Shown one piece after another: positions 46,895-63,635 of a stretch of DNA of 64,000 nt. The notes beneath the pieces are model-generated. The model saw nothing but the letters and a program-made list of their open reading frames with translations. It was not told the origin of the DNA and ran no database searches. The stretch's first letter is position 1; each line of letters begins with the position of its first letter. Made by a program: the position numbers and the translations under genes. The DNA comes from the human T2T-CHM13v2.0 reference genome, Homo sapiens: NCBI RefSeq assembly GCF_009914755.1, contig NC_060925.1, one strand, 5' to 3'.

Positions 46895-48158
46895 TTAATT
46901 AAAAGGCTAACATCCAAGATGTATGTGTGCATGTGTGCATGTTTGTATTTGAAAGGCCTTCATGTTTTTGGTTTCAACATTTGTTTTTCTATTCTAAGAC
47001 CTTGTCTTTTTTTGGAGTGCAAGTTTTTTTTTTCCTTTTCTTCTCAGTTGACTGAATTCTGTTTTCACCTGATTTTTTGACTAAAATAGCTATTGCAACA
47101 GAGGCTAGTCTTGGGTTTTTAAGGAAGAGTGTAGTTTAATTTTATGTTTAATTTGGCTCAGAAAAATTAAAAGCATCTCCCTCTAGCACCACCAGACTTT
47201 TTCTCTCTGTACCTTATGATGTACATTCCGCTCTTTGATTTTCACCTGAGCTGTTTCCTTTAATGTGCAAATTTAAGGCTATTTAGCTGACAACTGCCTA
47301 GGGTTGTAAAATAGGTTATCAAGGATCTGAAACTCTAAAATGGTGGGGAAGAAAGGGGGGCTGTTTATAAATCACAAAATGTACTTCCATCAGCATGTCT
47401 AATGTGTTTATGTGTTGTATTTATGTGTTGTGTACACGTTTCACTACTAAAAATACATGAGAGCTCTAATTAATTGGCTAAAAGAAAAATAAAAGCACTT
47501 AAATCAGATACTAAAAAAGAAAAGACTAGTCAAATGCTTTTTCAAGTTTATGTAACAAGTAAAATCTTTAATAAGCTAGCTTTAAAATTATTGGTAAAGT
47601 AACATTAGAAATTTCTTAAGAATTGCCACCAAACATTTTTCGTTTGCATTTATTAATCAGGCAATTTCATACTTATTTCTGCCAAATACTATAAAGGTGT
47701 TAAAATTTGGCATAGGGGTTACAAAACTATAAACCCAGCTCAAAACAAATGATCTTTGTGTAGTTTTTAATAAATAAGACATTGATATTGGTTTAATGAA
47801 AATAGCTGCATCTTAAATTTAGTAAGATTACCATACCTTCTAATCTTGTGGCTTTTAGGTAATCTAGTACACAGGGAGTAAGGAGGTTTGTTTTGGGAAA
47901 AGGCTGTTATTGCCTTTGTTTCAAAACTAAACTATAAACCAAATTCCTCCCAAAGTCCAGGAATGAACAGGCACAGCTTGGAGATTAGAAGCAAGATGGA
48001 GTTAGTTAGGTCATATCTTTTTCACTGCCTCAGTTATATTTTTGCAGTGGTGGTTTCATGACTATCACAGTTTTCATAAATAATCTAAGTAAACAATTAA
48101 AGTAAAATAAGTAAATGTAATGGAATAAATACTTGTAGGCAAACTTGTCATAGTTTAG

Positions 48159-48513
<355 letters not shown>

Positions 48514-48821
48514 TATTTGGGTATTTTCTAATAAATAGATATTGTAGGAAAACCAAGTGTGTCCTTTAAAAAAATAGGTGAATAAGTTTTGTCTAATTCA
48601 GTTTATTTAAAGGTTATGTATAAAACAAGGTAAAAGGAACCAGGAAATAAAAAAATATGTAAAGAAAGTTATAAAAATAAAGAGGTATTTTTTGCGGTTA
48701 GAAACCTTAAAGAGAAATAATTTTATATGAGAAAGAATCTTGTATGGTAAATTTAGTCCTAAAATAAAATGACTGGTTGTTTAAGAAGGAGGGATATTCA
48801 GGATAAATCAGGAAGTATAAG

Positions 48822-49356
48822 TGTCAGAGGCATGTGAACCAGAGCAACTCCATCTTGAATAAGAGCTGGATATAATGAGGTAGAAACCTACTAGGCTGCA
48901 TTCCCAGATGGTTAAGGCATTCTAAGTCACAGGATGAGATAGGAGGTCAGCACAAGATACAGGACATAAAGACCTTGCTGATAAAACAGGTTGCAGTAAA
49001 GAAGCCGGCCAAAACCCACCAAAAACAAGATGGCCATGCTATCTTGCTACACTCTGACCAGCGCCATGACAGTTTACAAATGCCATGGCAACATCAGGAA
49101 GTTACCCTATATGGTCTAAAAATGGGAGGCATGAATAATCCACCCTTGTTTAGCATATCATCAAGAAATAACCATAAGAATGGGCAACCAGCACCCCTTG
49201 GGGCTGCTAAGTCTATGGAGTAGCCATTCTTTTGTTCCTTTACTTTCTTAATAAACTTGCTTTCACTTTACTCTACGGATTCGCCCTGAATTCTTTCTTG
49301 CACGAGATCCAAGTACCTTCTCTTGAGGTCTGGATTGGGACTCCTTTCCTGTAACC
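48822..49356 (+). mobile_element. MER41A solo LTR
   Basis: TGTCAGAGGCATGTGAACCAGAGCAACTCCATCTTGAAT...CCTTTCCTGTAAC; GGGAGG joined directly to CATGAATAATCC; imperfect TSD TAAG/CAAG. Confidence 0.88.
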
Positions 49357-49871
49357 CAAGTATGTCATGAACAGTCAGTGTAAATCACAAGATGATTTAT
49401 TTTTTAAAAAAATGTTAATATGGATCAAATTGTCATATTATTATCAAGTTTCGGTTTGCTTAGAAAAAAACTGAGAAAAAAATTTTTCTAAATTAAGGTT
49501 ATTATATCCATGTACCTCCTTGTATGTGCTTTTAAAGTCCTTGTGACATTGAGTAACAGGGATTCAACTCCTGGGTCTAAAAAGGACACCAAGTCCTGCT
49601 AAATCTTAAACACTGACAGCCAATTAAAGCCCTATCTTCAGGCCCTGTAGAAGATGCCAATCAAAATAAACTGCATTCTTGAGACACAGGGCAAGAAATT
49701 AAAGCTATTCAACTCCTCAAGGCCCAGGGACTATCGCAGAAGAGGTGGGCACGTATGATTGTGAGGGCTGATTTTGAAAGGTAAAATAAGTTCAGGTTTT
49801 CTATAAATTAATCATTAATGTTAAAGGCACACAGATGCAAAACCAGCATATGGTCCCCTGTGTCAGATTAA

Positions 49872-50189
<318 letters not shown>

Positions 50190-51116
50190 TAACAAGGTTT
50201 TCTTGAAGTATTAACCAACTCCTTAATAAAGGTTGTAAAGGTTATAAAAGGCTTATGGAAGCTATATCATATGGTCAAGATTAAAATTTTATAGATTATT
50301 TATAAAATTTTGAAAAACAAATTTAATTGGCTTCATGCTGTTTTTATTAGGGCTTATGATTTGGAAAATTAAGTCTCCTCTCTCAAAGATAAAGGTTTTT
50401 GCTTTTTTTTGAAATCCTTGAGTTATCACTTTGGTTAAATAAATGACTTATTTTACAATGACCTGTGAACCTATTTTGTGATATCAAATGTTTAAAACCT
50501 TTGATATTTGACAAATTCTCCAAAATCAAATTATAAATTATATCTTTTTCTGACCTAATTAATCTTTTAAGATATTAGGCTCCCTAAAGTCCAGAAAATA
50601 GAAGTCCAAAATTTGGCTTATTTGGTACAAAAATTATACAGGAAGCATTATCAAATATGAAATTGTGTTGGGTTTTCTTTGGGTTATATTTGTATAAATA
50701 TGTTATTGGTATATGTTCTAAAATTATGGGAAACTCCTGTAATTCTGACATAACAGTATATATTATCAGTAATAATCATAATTGTTATGTTAAAATTATT
50801 GTGTGCCACAGAGGTAACAAATTTCCTCATTAATTGTGTCTTTGATTGTGGCTGCCCTAAAACTTTCATCATCCATGGACAATTGTCCTGTTTTGGTCCT
50901 CTTTAGAAGGTAGTTTTATAATCAGCTATACAATTCTAACAAGTGCTCTTGAATGCACGTTTCTGATAACTTTGGAGATTGTGACATCAGAATAGAGGAA
51001 AAACTTTCAGGACTCATGGAGAGCTAAAATGTTTACGAGTATCAAGCAGAACAGGAATTAACAGCATGGTCTGAACTAATCTTTTTGACTTTTTGCTTAA
51101 AATGTTTGCTGATCCT

Positions 51117-52953
51117 AAAATCACAAGCATTCCTATACACCAATAACAGATAAACAGAGAGCCAAATCATTAGTGAACTCCCATTCACAATTGCTACAAA
51201 GAGAAAAAAATACCTAGGAATCCAACTTACAAGGGATGCGAAGGACCTCTTCAAGGAGAATTACAAACCACTGCTCAACGAAAAAAAAGAGGACACAAAC
51301 AAATGGAAGGACATTCCATGCTTATGGATAGGAAGAATCAATATCCTGAAAATGGCCATACTGCCCAAGGTAATTTATAGATTCAGTGCCATCCCCATCA
51401 AGCTACCAATGACTTTCTTCACAGAATTGGAAAAAACTACTTTAAAGTTCATATGGAACCAAAAAACAGGCTGCATTGCCAAGACAATTCTAAGCAAAAA
51501 GAACAAAGCTGGAGGCATCATGCTACCTAACTTCAAACTATACTACAAGGCTACAGTAACCAAAACAGCATGGTACTGGTACCAAAACAGAGATATAGAC
51601 CAATGGAACAGAACAGAGGCCTCAGAAATAACACCACACATCCACAACCATCTGATCTTTGACAAATCTGACAAAAACAAGAAATGGGGAAAGGGTTCCC
51701 TATTTAATAAATGGTGCTGGGAAAACTGGCTAGCCATATGTGGAAAGCTGAAACTGGATCCCTTCCTTACACCTTATACAAAAATTAATTCAAGATGGAT
51801 TAAAGACTTAAATGTTAAACCTAAAACCATAAAAACTCTAAAAGAAAACCTAGGCAATACCATTCAGGACATAGGCATGGGCAAGGACTTCATGATTAAA
51901 ACACCAAGAGCAATGGCAACAAAAGCCAAAATAGACAAATGGAATCTAATTAAACGAAAGAGCTTCTGCACGGCAAAAGAAACTACCATCAGAGTGAACA
52001 GGCAACCTACAGAATGAGGGAAAATTTTTGCAATCTACCCATCTGACAAAGGGCTAATATCCAGAATCTACAAAGAACTTAAACAAATTTATAAGAAAAA
52101 AACAAACAACCCCAGCAAAAAGTGGGCAAAGGATATGAACAGACACTTCTCAAAAGAAGATATTTATGCAGCCAACAGACACATGAAAAAATGCTCATCA
52201 TCACTGGTCATCAGAGAAATGCAAATCAAAACCACAATGAAAAACCATCTCATGCCAGTTAGAATGGCGATCATTAAAAAGTCAGGAAATGACAGATGCT
52301 GGAGAGGATGTGGAGAAATAGGAACGCTTTTACACTGTTGGTGAGAGTGTAAATTAGTTCAACCATTGTGGAGGACAGTGGGGTGATTCCTCAAGGATCT
52401 AGAACTAGAAATACCATTTGACCCAGCGATCCCATTACTGGGTATATACCCAAAGGATTATAAATCATGCTACAGTAAAAACACATGCACACGTATGTTT
52501 ATTGTGGCACTATTCACAATAGCTAAGACTTGGAACCAACCCAAATGTCCATCAATGATAGACTGGATTAAGAAAATGTGGCACATATACACCAGGGAAT
52601 ACTATGCAGCCATAAAAAAGGATGAGTTCATGTCCTCTGAATGGACATGGATGGAGCTGGAAACCATCATTCTCAGCAAACTGTCACAAGGACAGAAAAC
52701 CAAACACCACTTGTTCTCACTCATAGGTAGGAATTGAACAATGAGAACATTTGGACACAGGGTGGGGAACATCACACATTGGGGCCTGTTGGGGTTTGGA
52801 GGGCTGGGGGAGGGATAGATAGCATTAGGAGAAACACCTAATGTAAATGACGAGTTGATGGGTGCAGCAAACCAACATGGCACATGTATACCTATGTAAC
52901 AAACATGCACGTTGTGCACATGTACCCTAGAACTTAAAGTATTAAAAAAAAAA
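51117..52953 (+). mobile_element. 5'-truncated L1PA (about PA5-7): ORF2 C-terminus plus 3' UTR
   Basis: [11 protein letters not shown]...[28 protein letters not shown]; poly-A; TSD GTT(T/A)GCTGATCCT at 51104-51116 and 52954-52966. Confidence 0.97.
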
Positions 52954-54924
52954 GTTAGCTGATCCTTTGTTTTTTCTGAGTCTAAAACTTTTCTTTTGAG
53001 CTATCGACAGCTTTTAACAATTTAGTATATTCTCATGAACAAAATTTGGGGCATATTTGTTTCTCTCTACTTGATATCTACAGAATTTGGAAACTATGAG
53101 TATTCGTAACTTATGGCAATACAGTTATTTGCATAAGTGCAATAAAAATCTGTTTTCATTTGTAACAGGACACAATTGGAGAAACTGGTTATTTTACCAA
53201 GGCTTTGACTGGAATAGTGTACTTTCCTTTAAGGAATCAACTTGGCTTATGGAGGAAATAAAGCCCGTGGCAAAACTGGCCTCATATTTTGTGTACGCAG
53301 TGCCTGTACAAGGTTTCTGACCTGTGGTAAGTAAAGAATGTCACTTTCTAACAAGTCCAGAAGCCCCAGGTTTATCTTGGAACCTCAACAGGAGAGGAAA
53401 TTCACCCAACTCATTGATATTTGATGCGCAAATCCACGACTGGGCTTGGCTTTAAAAAAGTCTTATCTGATATCCCTTCTGTGGAACAAAGTTCCATCAA
53501 AGCCAATTAAAAAACTATTAAAAAATAATTATTCTTGCTGCACTGTATACAAATAATTAGGCCAAGTATAATAAGGCAAACCAGTCCTACCATGATTTGT
53601 CTTCAGCAAGGGAAACTGGAGAGAGAAAACTTATGTTTCAAAAAGTATAGTACACCTGTTGTTAGATTCTAATCCTGCCTAATGTTTTTCAATTTTTATT
53701 ATTTCTACAGTTTGGGTTGAATTCTAAATTTTTTCTTGGCTACAAGTCTTCAAAATAATGTTTTCAATTATTTTTTCTTTTTTTCCTTCTTTTTTTCCCA
53801 TTTTTCCTAATTGGGAATCACTGAAAGCTAAGCTGTGCTTTCTTAAAGCCCTGCGAACTGAAACTAGAGAACTTAAACTTCAGAAGAAAATAACAGCAAC
53901 CTATTTACATACATAAGACACTTTCATACCTGCCTACTGATGTATAGACTTCAGAGGAATGTGGCCTGTATCAATTTTGCAGGATTGTTCTTTTGTTTGT
54001 TGTTGTTTTTCTCCCTTCCTCCTCCTATTTTCTCTTCAGAGGACACTAGACTTCACAATCTGCTAAAAATGAGCTTTCAGCACCTGCTCGTCTAGGAATA
54101 AACCATCCCAGCCATGAGAGATCAGATGAAACCTGAGACCAGAGACTCATTTTCTTGCAAAATGCTTTCTCGAAAAGATTTTAGAAAAGTTGGGAAATGT
54201 GAAAGGAAAGTATCTTGGGCCCCTTCAAGCTGGGAACCACTCAGGGCAAATCTGCCTCCCATTCTCTTCAAAGACATCCCTCTGCTCACAGAGATAGATG
54301 CATATTCTGATTACCTGCTTTGGAAAGACTTATCAAAAACTCAAAAGAATGCAACTGCTTATGTTTCACCCTATGTGTGACCTGGAAGCTCCTTCCCCAC
54401 TTTGAGTCTTCCTGCCTTTGCTTCAAGTTGTGCTGCCTTTCCAGACCAACCAATGTACTTCTTACATATATTGATTGATGTTTCATGTCTCCCTAAAATA
54501 TATAAATACTGGAACAATCTCTGCTTTGTGTAAATCTGGTTTAATTTGATTCTTTGTGTTAGCTCAGAAAATATTTATAGTAAATACCGAAATGGGGCGA
54601 ACATCTTTATCATAAAAAGTTAACATAAATTACTAAGAAAAGCATCAAGAAACCAAAATATACACAGGTGAGGGCCATGATGGGTCTTTCACAAAGGAGA
54701 ACATGAAACTGGTAAGCAAACATAGGAAAAATTCATACTTCCTAGTATTCAATGGAAATTAAAACACTGAGGTTTTTATGAATCTTTCAAATGAGCAGTT
54801 TTATAAAAAACTGAAACATTTAATAATGGCCGGGATAGAGACACTCTCATATCCTCCTGCAGGGGAGTAAACCTTAATTCAAGTCTTTTGAAAAGCAGTT
54901 TGAGAATATACTTCAAAAGCCCCA

Positions 54925-55690
54925 TGCGACATAAGAAAAAATATATTGATCTCTGCCCCCAATTCCTGATACATATCTAAAACCCCTAGAATTTCCTGGG
55001 TGATAGAAGGATCTTTTGTTCTAATGAGGTGACTCTTGGTGGGCTCCTGGGTGGGCACCTGGCACCAGAAAGACCAAGACATGGTTAGGAGCTTGGAACT
55101 TTCAGCCCTATCCCCCCATCCTCAAGGGAGGAGAGTGAGGCTGGAGACTGAATGCACAATGGATCATGCCTATGAACTGAAGCCTACACCAAAATCCCTA
55201 ATCTGCAGAGTTCCAAGAGCTTCCAGGATGCTCAACACATCCACGTGCCAGGAGGGCGGTGTACCCCAACTCCATGGAGACAGAAGCTCCTGTGCTCAGG
55301 ACCCTTCCCACCTCACCCTAGGCACCTCTCCATCTGGCTGTACATCTGAATCCTTTCTACAAAACCAGGAGACGTAAGTAATGTTTCCCCTGACTTCTGT
55401 GAGCTGTTACAGCAAACTCTCAAACCTGAAGAGGAGGCTGTGGGAACCGCCAATTTGTAGTCAAGTTGGTCAGAAGTAGCAGAGGCCTGTGTCTTATGCT
55501 TGGCTCTGAAGTATGGGCAGTCTGTGGGGCCTGTGAGGTGTGCACTAACTCCAGGTAGGTAGTGTCAGAATTGAACTGAATGTCAGGACACCCAACTGGT
55601 GTACAGAGAGTTGAAGAAATGATTAAGAGTGGGGAAAATCCCCATACGGTTGGTCAGAAGTGTTTTGAGTAGAAAAACAGTGTTTTTATA
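54925..55690 (+). mobile_element. MER21A/B LTR
   Basis: TTTTGTTCTAATGAGGTGACTCTTGGTGGGCTCCTGG...GTCAGAATTGAACTGAA...GGTCAGAAGTG. Confidence 0.85.
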
Positions 55691-55771
55691 GACCCCGATA
55701 ATTTTACTTTGGCAGATTTAGAAAGAAATCTAAATACGGAAAAAGAAATCTATGGCCTAAAATTTTTTTAA

Positions 55772-56147
<376 letters not shown>

Positions 56148-56270
56148 TCTCTTACATTATTTCAAATAATGTTTTAAAGACTACACAATAATACATGCAT
56201 AAAATGCAATGTCAAGGGGGAAAGGCAGGCTACAAAATGCTCTACATACTGTATTTTTGATAAAGGTTGA

Positions 56271-56966
<696 letters not shown>

Positions 56967-57771
56967 TAGAATATCTAAGTTTTCTTTAATGAATGTGTAT
57001 CGCTTTACCATAGAAACAAAATCTGTAAAGCCAGAAAAAATCATGAATGCTAATTAGCGTAATACAATATTATCTTATAATTTAGATGTGGAAGCAAACA
57101 AAATGTAATGAAACTAAAAGTGTTATCCAGATGTATGCATTACTTCTTTTCTCTCCACTGTCAACAAAGTAATTTCTGGCTAAGTGGGAATAACCATCTG
57201 AGAGCTACTACTTCCCTTCATAAATCAACATGTGTATAGTAGCACACAGAACCCAAGAAAATGCAGAGAAAGCCAAGGAATTTTTAAAAGAAAAACATTT
57301 GCCAAATTGTCTACAAAGTACGTGTTGTGAATTTCATAAATCTCGTTAGAATATGACAATAAAGTGTGTGTGCACATCTTTGCAATGGTTTACAGAAACA
57401 GACACCAAAATGCTAAGCCCATGCACTACACATCATAGAAATATGGAATGAAGGTGGAGATGTCCTTAGATAAAATGGCATAAATAAGCAGTTCTCAAAG
57501 TGTGGTCTGCAGACCCCCAGGGTCTGTGTGGGCAAAATGGTTTTCATAATAATATTAAGACTTTGTTATCACTCATTTTCACTATGTTGATATGTGCACT
57601 GATGGAACAAAATCAGTGTTGGGTAAAACTGCTGACGCCTTAGCATGAACAAACTCTGTGACGCCAAACAGAGTAGTCGATGCTGCATTCTTCACTGCTA
57701 TGATATTGGTGATTTTTTTAAAATGGCAGTCTCAGTTGAGAATGTACTTAATAAAGCAGTAAAAATTATTA

Positions 57772-58074
<303 letters not shown>

Positions 58075-58951
58075 AGTAAAAATTATTAATTCCATCTAAT
58101 CTCTGCCCTTGATCCTGTACTGTTTTTAATATTGTGTGTGATGCCACGGGACGTAGGCATAAAGCATTTCTGCTACAATTTGAAGTATCTTGGTTGTCTC
58201 CAAGAAAAGCACTTACGTCATTTTGTGAGTCGTAACCTGTACTGTTTTTTGCATAGAGCACCATCTTGAAAATATGACGGACAACCTGAAGTGATTCAGA
58301 CTTGTGTATTTGGCAGACATTTTCTGAAAAATGAACAAAGTGAGCCTGTCACTTCAAGGGAAACAACTGATGCTATTTGTTGCCAATGATAAAATTTGAG
58401 CTTTCAAATGAAAGTGAGAATTCTGGAAAACTTGTATCTGCCATTATGAGTTTAATAGCTTCTCTGTATCTTTGGATAAGATTGACATTAATGAATGTGA
58501 TCTTTTTTATCTTGTATAATGAAATGTGTCAACAGTTGGAAGATCTGCATAACTTAGTGAATCAGTGTTTTCCAAATGACCAGTACATCATGTTACAAAA
58601 TAATGCATAAGTAAAAGATCCATTCAAATTGCAAGATGGGCCAATGGGTATTAATGTAACAGATATGAAAAGTTTGTTGATATGATTTCATGTTCTACAT
58701 TGCAACTAAACTTTAAGAAATTACAACTGTTAAATTTGGTGTTATATCAAAGAATAATCCACAATGATCTGAAAAGGCTATTAAAATACTCCTATGGTTT
58801 TCAACTATAAATCTACATAAGGCCAAATTTTCTTCATATACTTCAACCAAAGCATCATATCACAACAGACTGAATGCAGAAGCAGGTGCAAGAATCCAAC
58901 GGTCTTTGGTTTAGCCAGACACTAAAGAGATTTGTAAAATTGTTGGATTAA

Positions 58952-59249
58952 TTTTTCCTTTTTCTTTGAGACAGCGTCTCTGTCCGTCACCCAGGCTGGA
59001 GTGCAATGGCGTGATCTCAGCTCACTGTAACCACTGACTCCCGGGTTAGAGTGATTCTCCTGCCTCAGCCTCCTGAGTAGCTGGGATTGCAGGCATGCGC
59101 CACCACACCCAGCTAATTTTTGTATTTTTAGTAGAGACAAGGTTTCACCATGTTGGCCAGGCTGGTCTTGAACTTCTGACCACAAGCAATCCACCCAACC
59201 TGGCCTCTCAAAATGCTGGGATTACAGGTGTGAGCCATTGCACCTGGCC
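58952..59249 (-). mobile_element. AluS
   Basis: Full Alu. Confidence 0.93.
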
Positions 59250-59750
59250 TTGTATTAGTTTTTCTATTGCTACCATTAAAAATTACCACAAACCACAGTG
59301 GCTTAACAACACAAATTTATTCTCGTACAGCTCCGTAGGTCCGCTGTGTGACATGGGTTCTCACTGAGCTACCATCAAGGTATCCCAGAGCTGTGTTCCC
59401 TTTTGGAGGCTCTAATGAAGAATCTGTTTCCTTACCTTTTCTAGCTTCTGGAGGTCCTGTTCATTCCTTAGCTCTTGACTCCATCCTCAATCTTCAAGGC
59501 CAGCAATAGTGCATCTCCCTCTGAGCCTTCACTGTCACATCTCCCTCTCACCAGTTGGAAAAGGTTTTCCATTTTTCAGGAGCTGATGATTAGATTGGGT
59601 CCACCTGGATAATGAAAGATAATCTCCCATCTCAAAATCGTTAACCCTAATCATATCTGTAATGTCCCTTTTGCCACGTAAAATAACATGTTTTATAGGT
59701 TCAGAGTATTAAGGTGTGGACAGAATTGAGGGCCATAACTGCTCACCATG
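59250..59750 (-). mobile_element. MLT1D-like LTR
   Basis: TGTATTAGTTTTTCTATTGC...GATTAGATTGGGTCCACCTGGATAAT. Confidence 0.85.
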
Positions 59751-59897
59751 AATGTGAAACAGTACCATTCTTCCCACTAAATTTGTTTGCAAAATAGATT
59801 TTTCATTAGAATGTCATATCTTAACACATAATGGGTTTGTCATTCTAAAGTGAGTGAATATTTTTAAAAAATTTCTCAGTTTTGCTTTCTAACATGG

Positions 59898-60301
59898 TAT
59901 CTTGGTCCACTTAATGTTGCTGTAACAGAATACCTGAGGCTGGGTAATTTATAAAGAAAAGAGGTTTTTTTGGCTTATGATTCTGGAGCTGGAAGTTCAA
60001 GAAGCACGGCGCCCACATCTGCCTGGCCTCTGGTGAGGGCTTCCCGCTGCATCATAACATGGTGGAGAAGCAGAAGGAGAAGCAGGCATGTACAAAAAAG
60101 GGACCAAAAACAAGGAGCAGCTTTGCGTTATAACAACCCACTATCATGGTAACTAGTTCAGTTCTGCAAGAACTAGCCGGGTCTCACAAGAAGTCCATCT
60201 TAACGAGCTAATCACCTCTGATACGCCCCACCTCCCAACACCGCTACACTGGCAATTCAAGGTGAGTTTTCACAGGGACAAACCACATCCAAACCACAGC
60301 A
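59898..60301 (-). mobile_element. MST LTR
   Basis: GTTGCTGTAACAGAATACCTGAGGCTGGGTAATTTATAAAG...CAAACCACAGCA; TSD CATGG/TATGG. Confidence 0.88.
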
Positions 60302-60875
60302 TATGGTTAAGTATTGGTAAACATAAACCACATAAACAAAAGCTTTTGGAGTTCTGAATTAGTTTTAACAGAGTATAGAGGTTATGAAGCCAAGAAGGTT
60401 GAGGATTGCTGGCTTAAATTTTTGAAATGGTAAGAGCAGACCCATCCTAAGAGTGTCTCAAAATCACATAAACATCCTCCATGGAAAGATGAAATCATCC
60501 CATAATACAGAGAAAATGCTGGAAAAATGTGGTGGTAAGTGTCATTAGGTGAGTTGACCAGAATCTTTCAGATGATTGGTGCCAACTCCCAGACACACTG
60601 GCAAAAGCTCTAGCAAAGAAAGAGCTGCTTTAAGGTGTCCTTTAAGCATCCCTTCTGTCCCCAGTGTCACACATGACTGGCAAACCCTAGGGATGTGTCC
60701 CTAGTGCCTATGCTATGGCTGGGTTTCATGCATGTCGGACTGACCTTGCCCTGGAACCCTACTGGTGAGACTATTGTTGACATGGAATGTGGTTCTGCAT
60801 GGCTCAAAAGAAACTACTTCAGGCTCACTCCATGGCAATCTTATGTCAGATATTGCTAGCACTTATCTACTCTTC

Positions 60876-61001
60876 TTTTTTTAGAGACAGAGGTCTCACT
60901 ATGTTGCCCAGGCTGGACTCAAACTCCTAAGCTCAAGTGATCCTCCCACCTCAGACTCCTAAGTAGCTGGAACTTACAGGCATGAGTCACCACACTTGGC
61001 T
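60876..61001 (-). mobile_element. FLAM Alu monomer
   Basis: TSD ATCTACTCTTCT. Confidence 0.9.
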
Positions 61002-61149
61002 TCATCTACTCTTCTATTTTTTTTTTCATGTGAAGCAAGGCTTCCAAATTTGTGAACAATAATATAGTCTATCATTTCAATGTCAAACAAAACCAAACAA
61101 AGCTCCTACCTCAAATGAGAAGAGAAGTAGGAGAAGGAAGACAACTAAA

Positions 61150-61350
61150 ATTTGTAGAGTGCCTGCCATAATCCTGTCATTTTGACTGGTTTCTCTTTAA
61201 TTCTCTCTATAAACCTCTGAGAGATATCATCCTATCCTCTCACAGGTGGGAAAACTGAGGCCCAGCAAGGTTAAGAAATCACCCTGGGTCAGGCAACAAA
61301 TAAGTAGAAGAGACAGATTTCAGACCTGGGTCCATCTGGTTCTAACATTC
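61150..61350 (-). mobile_element. MIR
   Basis: ACAGGTGGGAAAACTGAGGCCCAGCAAGGTTAAG. Confidence 0.8.
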
Positions 61351-62446
61351 ACACGGGTTCCGTTCCCCCACGCTGTCTGCTAAGCAGTGTTGGGACCCTA
61401 GAGTGTGTTAAAAGAAAACACCATGCTCTGAACACCAAAACCCGAAGAGAGGCCATCCCTCCTGAACTGAGGCCAGGCCCAGGAAGAAGTTTACTCATCC
61501 CTCACAAATCAGCATGTGAAAAGCAGCTGACGACCTCAAAGGAAAACCACAAAGGGAATGAATTCATCAAAGATCCCTCAGCCACAGCCCCAGTGCATGC
61601 ACTGCCATGGGACCTTCAAAGTGAAGGAGAGGGCCAGCCACTGCATTGGGCCAGAGGGACTTGAGTTCCACATCTGGTTCTGCTACTCATTATCCAAGCA
61701 CAATTGGGAAACAATTTTGTCTTTGTAAACCTCCATTTTCCCATGTGTAAAAAAGCAATAATGCCCTCCTCTCCCTGAGTTCCTCCAAGAATTAAAATAA
61801 GGAATCCAAGACAGAGACAAGACACTCATGGGTAGTGAGAGAGACAAGTGAAGAAGACCCTCCTGATAACTCCCAGTAAACGCTGTGCAAAGAAATGGAA
61901 GCAGAGAGAGCTGCATGGCATTGAGCATAGCTAGTGGGGCATACAGCGTAGGAGGAATGTGGCTGGAAAGGCCGTGTGTGCAAGCAAGCTTTGATTTAAC
62001 TGTATGTGAGGGAATCACAAAATTACAATGGCTTAAACAAGATAAAAGTGGTTTTCCCTCCATGAAACCAAGTAAGGAATTAGGCAATGCCAAGCTAGTG
62101 GCTCCACAATTGAGGACACAGCTCCTTCCATTTTGTGGCTTCACCGTCCTCATGGTCTTCATGGCCCAGCATGGCTACCTGAGCTCTGGCTATCATCTCC
62201 ATATTCTCGAAAGGAAGCAGAATGACAAAAAAGACATGCCTCTTCTCCTTCCATCCGATTACCTGGAACTTAGTTACAGGGCTTCACCTAAAATAGTCTG
62301 AGGGATTTCTGAGTGCAGTGGCTTATGGGCAGTTGTCCATGTACCTAGGATTCAGGGAGAGGACTAAACATTCCTCATGTAGCTTGCTGGTGCCAGGGTG
62401 AGCAATATGGACTTTGTTCTCAAGTAATTGTGATTGTGCATTTTGA

Positions 62447-62851
<405 letters not shown>

Positions 62852-63039
62852 TGTTGAAAACATTTAAAGACATAAACTCCCCATAGCTGTCTGGAGCAAG
62901 GGACAGCAGATGGGTCATGCAGCACATAGACCAAAAATCCTGGGAAGGAGGACGCTGAGGAGGAAGATGCTTGGGGAAAGAAGGTCGTTGAAGGGCTACT
63001 GCATATACCAGGGAACCCAGGCTGCAATGCACATGTCCA

Positions 63040-63630
63040 GGGCTGGACACATGCTCAGAAAAGATCTAAGAGGACCCTAGGCTTGCACCTGTGGCTGATC
63101 TTTGTATTCCATGCAAGCAGGAGGTAAAGTCTAGGGAAAATGGAAAGAGTGGCTTGGCTAAGTGTCTAAGGAATGCCTCAGCTCAGAGCCAATCTGCCAA
63201 GATCAGAAGATTTTTCTTTTGTGTTTGGTCCAGGTGTTTTTAGTCCAGGTATTTAAGGAAATCTGTGTCAACTGTGGCTGACCACTGAGGTAACAGATCA
63301 AAGACTTCAGTGTCTACATATAAAGAATGCAGTCTGCAAAAATCATATGGAAATGTCACTAAACAAAGAAGACTGCAGCCCTTAATAAGCAATAACAGCA
63401 AATCTTGCAAAGGGCAAAGAATCTGATTTCCAGAGTTATCACATTATAATATTCAAAATGACCAGTTTTTTTCTTTCAATCAGCTTCCTCAGGTTGAAAT
63501 GTCGTTTTTAACAGCAGCAAAAAAAATTAGAAGGCATACCAAGAAAAAAAGAAAAGTATAACCCATTCACAGGAAAAAGAAACTGACAGAAGCCATCCGT
63601 GAGGAAGCCTAGACATTGAACTTGCCAGGC
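63040..63630 (+). mobile_element. Old L1M 5' region fragment
   Basis: AGAATCTGATTTCCAGAGTTATCACATTATAATATTCAAAATG...GGAAGCCTAGACATTGAACTT. Confidence 0.6.
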
Positions 63631-63635
63631 AAAGA

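Noticed and set aside
51352-52017. 221-aa ORF
   Set aside because: Fragment of L1 ORF2 in a 5'-truncated, stop-containing copy
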